Shown here: positions 36,284 to 42,692 of the stretch, piece after piece
Layout of the letters: every line of letters starts with the position of its first letter
Position numbering within the stretch: position 1 is the stretch's first letter
NCBI GenBank assembly: GCA_039589995.1
Contig: JBDHGH010000024.1
Coordinates: 1-42,692, forward strand
Direction of reading: 5' to 3'
Source: Gemmatimonadota bacterium
GTDB lineage: Bacteria > Gemmatimonadota > Gemmatimonadetes > Palauibacterales > KS3-K002
DNA length: 42,692 nt
Notes under the pieces: model-generated
Databases searched by the model: none
Told to the model about the DNA's origin: nothing
Seen by the model: the letters and a program-made list of their open reading frames with translations, nothing else
Position numbers and translations under genes: made by a program

Positions 36284-37546
36284 TTACTTCGCCGCTTGGG
36301 GGATTCGGAAAAAAGCCGCGGGCGCGGGGCGAGGACGCGGGCGCGGACGCGGCGTTGACGCCGACGATTCAATCCAGCGCCCCAGCACTCTCTCCAGCTC
36401 TTTGCCGTTCTTCACCGACGCTGCGCCGCGCCGTTCGATCATCTCGCCGGCTTCGCGGGCGTTCGCATGGCGAGGGCCGAACAGTACCGGCGCGCCGAGT
36501 GCCGCCGGCTCCAGTACGGAGTGCAGACCCTTCTTGCCGAACCCACCGCCCACGTAGGCAATATCGGCCAGCGCGTACAACTCCCCTAACATTCCGACTG
36601 CGTCAACGACGATGACCTCGACGGCGGCAGCATCGTTCTCCAATTCTGACAATCGCACGTGGGCCAATCCATCGACCTCGAGGTGAGATTCGAGCCTGCG
36701 AAGGTGGTCGTCCGTGGGCTCATGTGGAACAAATACCGCGCGAAGGTCGGGATAGCTGGTTCGCAGCTTCGCCACCGCAGGGACCAGATGCTTCTCGCCT
36801 TCCGGCCAGCTCGATCCGGCCACCAGGGTGAGACCATCGTGACCTGCGAGAAGCGAGATCGGCGGTTGCGTGGGATCCACGGCTTGGGCCCGCGCCCAAA
36901 CCTGATCGAACCGGGCATCGCCTGTGATCTCGATGCGATCGGCTGGCACGCCCAACTGCACGAGTCGCGTCGCATCCTCTACCGAAATCGCGCCCACCGC
37001 GTCCAAGCGCTCGTACGCCGGGCCGAGCAACCCACGCGCCGGCCAGCGAAGTCGACTCGAGTTCGGAGCGAGCGTCGCACTGACCAGCGCCAGCGGAACA
37101 TCGCACCATCCAGCCACGCGGGTAACGTTTGGCCAGACATCCAACTTTCCGAATACGATAGCGGAAGGTTGCACCGCCTCCATGACCCGCATCAAGTCGG
37201 CGACGACATCAAACGGCATGTAGTCCGCGTAGTCTACCGGTAGCTGTTCGGCGAACTTCTCCGCGGAAGGAGAGAAATAGGTGTAGAGAATCTGGAGATC
37301 TGGCCGAAGCTCGCGCAGCGCATCGATCACCGGACGCGTTTGCAGCCCTTCCCCCACCGACGGCGCATGGAACCAAACCAATGCTGCTTCGCTTCGATTC
37401 TCCTTGGCCCACGACTCGAGCCGCTCGATCAGCTCGTGCCGCCCCTCCAGGCTGCGCCGTGCCTTGTCCGGCAAGAACGGCGCGCGTGGCAGCGCACGTC
37501 GGCCCGCCTCGGTGGCCCAGTCGTAGAGCGTTTCCCCGAACTTCAT
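36284..37546 (-). CDS. waaA: 3-deoxy-D-manno-octulosonic acid (Kdo) transferase, with a Pro-Arg repeat C-terminal tail.
   Basis: WaaA/KdtA signature LVWFHAPSVGE. GT-B C-terminal domain (VGGGFGKKGLHSVLEPAALGAPVLFGP). Tail ...PRPRPRPRPAPAAFF. Confidence 0.85.
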   Translation of the reverse strand: MKFGETLYDWATEAGRRALPRAPFLPDKARRSLEGRHELIERLESWAKENRSEAALVWFHAPSVGEGLQTRPVIDALRELRPDLQILYTYFSPSAEKFAEQLPVDYADYMPFDVVADLMRVMEAVQPSAIVFGKLDVWPNVTRVAGWCDVPLALVSATLAPNSSRLRWPARGLLGPAYERLDAVGAISVEDATRLVQLGVPADRIEITGDARFDQVWARAQAVDPTQPPISLLAGHDGLTLVAGSSWPEGEKHLVPAVAKLRTSYPDLRAVFVPHEPTDDHLRRLESHLEVDGLAHVRLSELENDAAAVEVIVVDAVGMLGELYALADIAYVGGGFGKKGLHSVLEPAALGAPVLFGPRHANAREAGEMIERRGAASVKNGKELERVLGRWIESSASTPRPRPRPRPAPAAFFRIPQAAK

Positions 37547-37791
37547 GCACCAATACTGCCGGCTAGCAAGGTCTGTGGCAACGCTTCGGTCACAGGTGAC
37601 CGCTACATGATCCAGACATGACCACTGCCTGACCGCGACCGCCTAACTTGGGCTGTCGAAAGCTCGTCCAGAGCGCGGCTCAGCCTACCTCCTTTGCCCA
37701 TCTACCCCTGACGGAAGGTAGCTCCACGCTCGGAAGGCGAGCTTTCTCTTGTCCGCTCGCCGGCCGCCAAACCCAGCGCTAGTTTAGCCCT

Positions 37792-38868
37792 GTGCGCTAC
37801 ATAGGCAACAAGAACAGACTGATCCCGTTCATTCGCCGGGCCCTCGAACAACTGAACATCGAAGGCAGGACGGCTTGCGACCCTTTTGCTGGAACCGCCG
37901 CAGTTGCACGCTTCCTAAAGAACCATGGGTACTCTGTGGCGACCAGCGATATCATGTCGTTCAGCTTTGTGCTGCAGTGGGCCTACGTCGTCGTGGACAG
38001 GATCCCGGACTTCGAGGGCCTCGCGTCCATGATCGACCTGGATGAAGATCCGCTCGCCGCGACTATCGCTCACCTGAACCGGGTCGCCCCAATTCAGGAG
38101 TTCATCTACGACCACTTTTCCCCTGAGGGCCATGCCGGCTCGGAACACGACCGGCGTTACTTCACACCGGAGAATGCGGCCAAGATCGATGCCGTTCGCC
38201 GGCAGATCTGCGAGTGGCGCCAACACGGCCAGTTGAACGATGATGAGAACTACGTCTTACTGGCGGCGCTCATCGAAGCGGCTGACCGCGTCGCTAACAC
38301 GACGGGCGTTTACGCCGCTTATGTGAAAACCTGGCAACCGAATGCGACCAAAGACCTTAGACTCAGGCCTCCAAGGATGGTCACCGGCACCGGTCTCAGT
38401 TGCCGGGCATTTCAGCTCGACGCCATCGACCTGATGGGTAAGCTGGATGGCTTTGATCTCCTTTATTTGGACCCGCCCTACAACACGCGCCAGTACGCCG
38501 GCTACTACCATATCCCCGAGATCATCGCCGAGGGTTGGTTCGATGAACGGCCGGTCCTGCGCGGCAAGACGGGGCTTCCGGAAGACGAAGACAAACGCTC
38601 GGACTGGTCTCGACGACGTCGTTGTGAACACGCATTTGCCGAGCTCGTGAACGCGGCGCCTTGCAAGCACATACTGATGAGCTACAACTCCGAGGGCATT
38701 ATTTCCGAGGACTGCATAGAACAGGTGATGCGCGAGCGAGGCGAACCGAAAACGTACCAGCGCTTGGAGCACGATTACAAACGCTACCGGAGCGACCGGG
38801 ACAGCGACAAACGACGCTACAAGGGCGACCGAGTCACCGAGCGCCTCTACTATGTGCGCGTTGACTGA
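37792..38868 (+). CDS. D12-class (Dam-like, alpha group) N6-adenine DNA methyltransferase, apparently orphan. GTG start.
   Basis: N-terminal RYIGNKNRLIPFI (counterpart of the Dam WAGGK motif). Motif I CDPFAGTAAVA. Catalytic motif IV LYLDPPYNTR. ILMSYNSEG. GC visibly lower than neighbours, with rare codons TTA, AGA, ATA. Confidence 0.8.
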   Translation: MRYIGNKNRLIPFIRRALEQLNIEGRTACDPFAGTAAVARFLKNHGYSVATSDIMSFSFVLQWAYVVVDRIPDFEGLASMIDLDEDPLAATIAHLNRVAPIQEFIYDHFSPEGHAGSEHDRRYFTPENAAKIDAVRRQICEWRQHGQLNDDENYVLLAALIEAADRVANTTGVYAAYVKTWQPNATKDLRLRPPRMVTGTGLSCRAFQLDAIDLMGKLDGFDLLYLDPPYNTRQYAGYYHIPEIIAEGWFDERPVLRGKTGLPEDEDKRSDWSRRRRCEHAFAELVNAAPCKHILMSYNSEGIISEDCIEQVMRERGEPKTYQRLEHDYKRYRSDRDSDKRRYKGDRVTERLYYVRVD

Positions 38869-38991
38869 GACATATTGAATACACTCGATGCAAGCCCGAC
38901 ACACGGAACGACGACAATTCGTCGGGTTACTAGAGAGCGCCAGATGCGCGCCCCATGCTGGGGGCGGAGGTTGTAGGTAGAGAGGCCTGAG

Positions 38992-39363
38992 ATGTCACGG
39001 CACACACAGAAGAAGAAGAAGGCCGCAGAGCGCCGGAGAAGCGTCGACCGCCGCGGCGCCAAGCGTCGGCGCGGCAAGGTCGCACACGGCGACGACGATC
39101 GACGCGGAATACGTGACCTCTACAAGACCGACCTCGACCGACACCTCTGGTCGTGGGCGAGCCCCTCCGCTCGAGAGAAGAGACGCAAAGAGAAACACCG
39201 TCGTCGCCGCCGACGCAAACTCGCCGGAGTTGTAGCTTCGGCAGCCGGAGCCATGGGAGCGGCCGGGTTGTCGTATTTCCTTTACCGCCGGCTACGCGAT
39301 GACGATCAACCCCTCGACCCCATACACAGCCAGGCGGATCTCGACGAGGCAGACTTCGAGTGA
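38992..39363 (+). CDS. Hypothetical highly basic (Lys/Arg-rich) protein with one hydrophobic segment and an acidic C-terminus.
   Basis: MSRHTQKKKKAAERRRS...KRRKEKHRRRRRRK, then LAGVVASAAGAMGAAGLSYFLY, then DDDQPLDPIHSQADLDEADFE. No recognisable family. Confidence 0.45.
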   Translation: MSRHTQKKKKAAERRRSVDRRGAKRRRGKVAHGDDDRRGIRDLYKTDLDRHLWSWASPSAREKRRKEKHRRRRRRKLAGVVASAAGAMGAAGLSYFLYRRLRDDDQPLDPIHSQADLDEADFE

Positions 39364-39422
39364 CGCTGCGTCCCGGTTGTCGGTCGGGTGCGGGACAAGC
39401 CTGTTTCCATGCATCGCGGGGC

Positions 39423-39533
39423 AGGAAGGTGCAGCCGGGACTCCTCGCTTCATGTCGCGCGAGAACCGCCAGCCATTCTTCACGGGCCTAAGCGCTCCAA
39501 ATGTCCGCTCGTGAGTCCCGGCTGCACCTTCCT
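39423..39533. repeat. Large perfect inverted repeat: 21-bp stem (AGGAAGGTGCAGCCGGGACTC / GAGTCCCGGCTGCACCTTCCT) around a 69-nt loop. A smaller hairpin precedes it at 39370-39396.
   Basis: Read directly. Lies in the 537-bp non-coding gap between the basic-protein gene and phzF. Confidence 0.7.
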
Positions 39534-39900
39534 TGATCGCGGCCCCTTGAACTCGAATCTTCCGCACCGCCCTGTCCCGGCAGTTGGCGCGCCTGAAATC
39601 CGCCACTTCTCCTGCAATAAGTCTCGCCCCCCACATTATCGGTTTCGCGGCAGCTGCCGACTGGAACGTCCCCGACGGTGAGTAGGCTCGAGCTCTTGTG
39701 GCTGCTTCACCCTGCTCGGTATTCCTACCGTCAGGATCCCGGTCAGGGGCGCGGACGGGCTCGTGCGAGCGTAAGTTGGAGCGCGGCGGCGGCGAGGCCG
39801 CCGTACCCGCGGACTGGCCGCGCGACCTGAAGCTCGACGAGCCCGTCCGCGTCCCGACAACCACTAAACCCGAAAACGTCAAAGCCCGGGACACGACAAC

Positions 39901-40797
39901 ATGCCCAAGACCATCGAGATCTACGAGTACAACGCTTTCACCGATCAGCCCTTCGCAGGAAACCCAGCGGGAGTGGTCACCGACGCTCAGGGACTCGACG
40001 CCAACCTCATGCAGCGCATCGCCCGACAGATGAACCTGGCCGAGACCGCCTTTCTCGTGCCGCCCTCGAATCCCGAGGCTGACATCCGTCTCCGCTGGTT
40101 CACTCCGGCGATCGAAGTCGAGCTGTGCGGGCACGCAACCATCGCCGCGTTCACCGCCGCGGTCGAGCACGACGTGTTTCCGGTGGCCGAAGGTGAAGAG
40201 CGCCTGCTTGGCGTGGAGACGCTTTCCGGCGTGCTGAGGATCGGCGTGGCACGCCGCGAGGGCCGGCCAGAAGTCTCCATGCAGATCCCGGTGCCCACGC
40301 TCGAGTCCATCGATATCGATCGGGATGCGTTCGCCGCGTTGTGGGGCGCCGACGCCGACGACCTGGCCGGGGACTGGCTCGTTCACCGCGGCCTGAACTA
40401 CTGGTACGTGCCCGTGCGCGATCAGTCCCGGCTACGCTCGTTGACGCTGGACAAGGAGAAGCTGGCCGAAGTCGACTCCACCGCCGCCTTCACCTTCTGG
40501 ACCACCGACACGATCGACTCCGACTCGGACTGGCACCTGCGATTCTTCGCACCGTTCCACGGTGTCGACGAGGATATCGTCACTGGAAGCGCCCAGGGAC
40601 CCATGGGCATCGTTCACCTGAGGCTCGGGGGCGGTCCGGCGCGTGAGGGTTGGACGGAGTTCAAGGGCGAGCAGGGCGACGTTCTCGAAAGGCCGGGTCG
40701 CGCCAAAGTCAGAGTGTTAATAGAAAACGGCGCCGTTACCGACGTGGAAATCGTCGGCGGCGCCGTGCCCATGCTCGAGGGTCGGATCCGGATCTAG
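39901..40797 (+). CDS. PhzF-family isomerase (phenazine biosynthesis-like protein).
   Basis: PhzF/DAP-epimerase-like fold signatures (YEYNAFTDQPFAGNPAGVV, AETAFL, ELCGHATIAA, VTGSAQGPMG). Confidence 0.85.
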   Translation: MPKTIEIYEYNAFTDQPFAGNPAGVVTDAQGLDANLMQRIARQMNLAETAFLVPPSNPEADIRLRWFTPAIEVELCGHATIAAFTAAVEHDVFPVAEGEERLLGVETLSGVLRIGVARREGRPEVSMQIPVPTLESIDIDRDAFAALWGADADDLAGDWLVHRGLNYWYVPVRDQSRLRSLTLDKEKLAEVDSTAAFTFWTTDTIDSDSDWHLRFFAPFHGVDEDIVTGSAQGPMGIVHLRLGGGPAREGWTEFKGEQGDVLERPGRAKVRVLIENGAVTDVEIVGGAVPMLEGRIRI

Positions 40798-40807
40798 GAG
40801 GTCGAAA

Positions 40808-41185
40808 CTAGAATTCGTCCTCTTCTTCAGGCTCGGCCGAGAAGCGGTGCCACCACAGCTCGTCCTCTTCTTCCTCTAGCTGGCGGGCGGCCTCGTTGAC
40901 GATACGCTGGGCCTCTACCACCTCCGGGATTTCGCTCTTCTCTCCGAACAACCGACCGGTGTGGCGAACCTCGTACTCGAAGAGCTGGGACCGCAAGTTA
41001 CCGAAGATCTTGATCAGCTGCGGAGCCGCGTCTAGCAACTCGCCGTTTTCATCCAGACGGCGTATGACATCCGCCAACTCCAGCAGGTCTTCCCGGAGCG
41101 CGTCTGGGTTCACCCGTTCGTTTTCTGCCATCTCCGCTGCCCCTCCCCTATCGATTCCCCCGTTATCCACCTCTATCATATACAC
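40808..41185 (-). CDS. Hypothetical small acidic protein. True start possibly the internal ATG MAENER near 41131.
   Basis: Only ORF of protein-like composition here. Very acidic C-terminus (EEEEDELWWHRFSAEPEEEDEF). No family recognised. Confidence 0.4.
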   Translation of the reverse strand: MYMIEVDNGGIDRGGAAEMAENERVNPDALREDLLELADVIRRLDENGELLDAAPQLIKIFGNLRSQLFEYEVRHTGRLFGEKSEIPEVVEAQRIVNEAARQLEEEEDELWWHRFSAEPEEEDEF

Positions 41186-41224
41186 CTAAAACCCAAGAAG
41201 TGCCTTCACGACTTCCCAGGCGGT

Positions 41225-41253
41225 GGATCGAGTCGATCCTCCACGAGTATAAT
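41225..41253 (+). promoter_or_regulatory. Perfect TATAAT -10 (41248-41253), 45 nt upstream of the DUF763 start. A 15-bp palindrome GGATCGAGTCGATCC (41225-41239) occupies the -35 position.
   Basis: Read directly. The palindrome has 7-bp perfect arms around a central G. Confidence 0.4.
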
Positions 41254-41298
41254 ACAATGATGCTCTGAGCAGAACTCCAAACTATCAACCCACGGGCC

Positions 41299-42384
41299 AT
41301 GGCACGTCGCACGGGGACCGCCACTCTACCACTCCACACCGGCAGGGCACCCCGCTGGTTGTTCCAGCGGATGACCGCCCTCGCCAGATCGTTGACCGAG
41401 GCGTTCGTTATCGAGCACGGCCCTTCGGAGTTCCTGGCTCGGCTGTCCGACCCCTACTGGTTCCAAGCATTCGGTTGTGTCCTGGGCTTCGACTGGCACT
41501 CCAGCGGCGTCACCACGACTGTCTGCGGGGCCCTGAAGCAGGGGCTGGCCGGCACCGAGGCGGACACATCGATTCTTGTCGCCGGCGGCAAAGGGCGTAC
41601 GTCTCGGAAGACGCCGGGCGAGTTGCGCGAGCACGCGTCGCGCCTCGGCCTGGACGGCGAAGCGCTGGTCTACGCCAGTCGCATGTCTGCCAAAGTCGAC
41701 AGCGCCGGGTTGCAGGACGGATACCAGATCTATCACCACTCATTCTTCTTTACCGGGGCCGGCGAGTGGGCGGTGGTTCAGCAGGGCATGCGCGAGAGCG
41801 CCGGCTCGGCCCGTCGCTACCACTGGCTGGGTCAGGGGGTCCAGGATTTCGTCTGCGAGCCCCACGCCGCGATCTGCTCCCAGCGAAACGAACAGACTGT
41901 GCTCGACTTCGTAGCCAGCGATTCGGCACCCGCTCGAGACGCGGCCGCGGAGGTTGCTCGCGAGCGGCCCGGCACGGTGCAGCGCGAGCTGGCAGATCTG
42001 CTCAGCCTGGAGCTACCCGCGCGACATCACATCGACCTTCGCCGCGATGTAAGCCCCCGCAACCTCGGTAAAGTGCTGGTCACGACATACGAGGCCCAAC
42101 CCAAGGACTTCGAGGCACTACTGGCACTCAAAGGTGTTGGCGCCAAGGCGGTGCGAGCGCTGGCACTGATCGCCGAACTGACGCACGGAACAACCGCCAG
42201 TTGCCGGGACCCCGCTCGCTTCAGCTTCGCTCACGGTGGCAAAGACGGCTTCCCCTATCCCGTCGACCGGGAAACTTACGACGCTTCGATCGAGTGGCTG
42301 CGGGACGCACTAGGCCGTGCCCGGCTGGGTAACACGGATCGAATGGATGCCTTGCGCCGGCTGGCGAAATGGGAGGCGGCGTGA
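41299..42384 (+). CDS. DUF763-family protein.
   Basis: N-terminal LPLHTGRAPRWLFQRM...FLARLSDPYWFQAFGCVLGFDWHSSG fits the DUF763 pattern from memory. No motif-level functional assignment. Confidence 0.6.
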   Translation: MARRTGTATLPLHTGRAPRWLFQRMTALARSLTEAFVIEHGPSEFLARLSDPYWFQAFGCVLGFDWHSSGVTTTVCGALKQGLAGTEADTSILVAGGKGRTSRKTPGELREHASRLGLDGEALVYASRMSAKVDSAGLQDGYQIYHHSFFFTGAGEWAVVQQGMRESAGSARRYHWLGQGVQDFVCEPHAAICSQRNEQTVLDFVASDSAPARDAAAEVARERPGTVQRELADLLSLELPARHHIDLRRDVSPRNLGKVLVTTYEAQPKDFEALLALKGVGAKAVRALALIAELTHGTTASCRDPARFSFAHGGKDGFPYPVDRETYDASIEWLRDALGRARLGNTDRMDALRRLAKWEAA

Positions 42385-42692
42385 AGCCCCTGGCGGCAGG
42401 AGTGACCATGGTACTCGGAGTCTCGCTGTTCTCGTGCTCCCCAGGCTATGTGCTCAGAGCCGGCTGGGAAGAAGCCCGTATCCTGGCCCGCCGGCGATCC
42501 ATGGAGGACGTGCTCAACGACCCGACTCTAGACAGCGAGACGCGAGGAAAGCTCGAGACCGTGGTACAGGCACGCAGCTTTGCCCAGCAGGACCTTCGCC
42601 TCGACGTCGGCGACAGCTACACGTCGTTCTCCGATATCGGACGCGACACCCTCGCCCTCGTTCTTTCGGCGAGCCCGGCGGACAAGCTATCC
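42381..42692 (+). CDS. Putative Zn-dependent aminopeptidase lipoprotein (COG4324/DUF2265-like), N-terminal fragment continuing beyond the window. GTG start overlaps the DUF763 stop.
   Basis: Lipobox LFSCS. Conserved N-terminal pattern GYVLRAGWEEARIL.RRRS.EDVL.DP.LD...R.KL..V...R.FA...L.L.VGDSYTSFSDIGRDTL.LVLSAS. Confidence 0.6.
   Translation, partial: MKPLAAGVTMVLGVSLFSCSPGYVLRAGWEEARILARRRSMEDVLNDPTLDSETRGKLETVVQARSFAQQDLRLDVGDSYTSFSDIGRDTLALVLSASPADKLS

Noticed and set aside
38869-38991. Imperfect hairpin (CCCGAC...GTCGGG) after the methyltransferase gene as a terminator
   Set aside because: Stem is interrupted and there is no T-tract, so it is not reported as a feature.
39292-40386. 364-aa minus-strand ORF overlapping phzF and the intergenic palindrome
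   Set aside because: No family resemblance and Gly/Arg/His-rich composition. The + strand PhzF assignment is solid.

Overview
This is a high-GC (~65-68%) bacterial chromosomal window with dense coding on both strands. Most genes are housekeeping: dnaE C-terminus, a frameshifted accA, a PSP1/RicT homolog, metG, gyrA, uvrA, an msbA-like ABC exporter plus kdtA, a fadJ-like gene and a primary sigma factor. The sigma factor is a short (288 aa) Bacteroidetes-type sigma-A lacking region 1.1. Together with TTG/GTG starts and frequent absence of Shine-Dalgarno sequences, this suggests a high-GC FCB-group organism, possibly Gemmatimonadota-like; that placement is inference. Features the ORF track does not explain: (i) a ~180-bp MITE-like repeat family with nested terminal inverted repeats, three same-orientation copies, two of them bracketing a flotillin-NfeD cassette. 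(ii) A second ~127-bp element type with shared GTGATCAGTAATCAGT termini at two loci. (iii) A chlorite-dismutase/HemQ-family protein fused to a C-terminal Rieske [2Fe-2S] domain. (iv) A 23-bp exact tandem duplication that frameshifts accA. (v) A lower-GC D12-class N6-adenine DNA methyltransferase with no adjacent nuclease, followed by a highly basic protein and a 21-bp perfect inverted repeat. (vi) A receiver-GAF-GGDEF regulator translationally coupled to a threonine dehydratase. (vii) Two DsbA-family modules, one coupled to VKOR by a GTGA stop/start overlap. No CRISPR array, rRNA or tRNA was found. Coordinates of motifs read off the raw sequence may be off by 1-2 bp.
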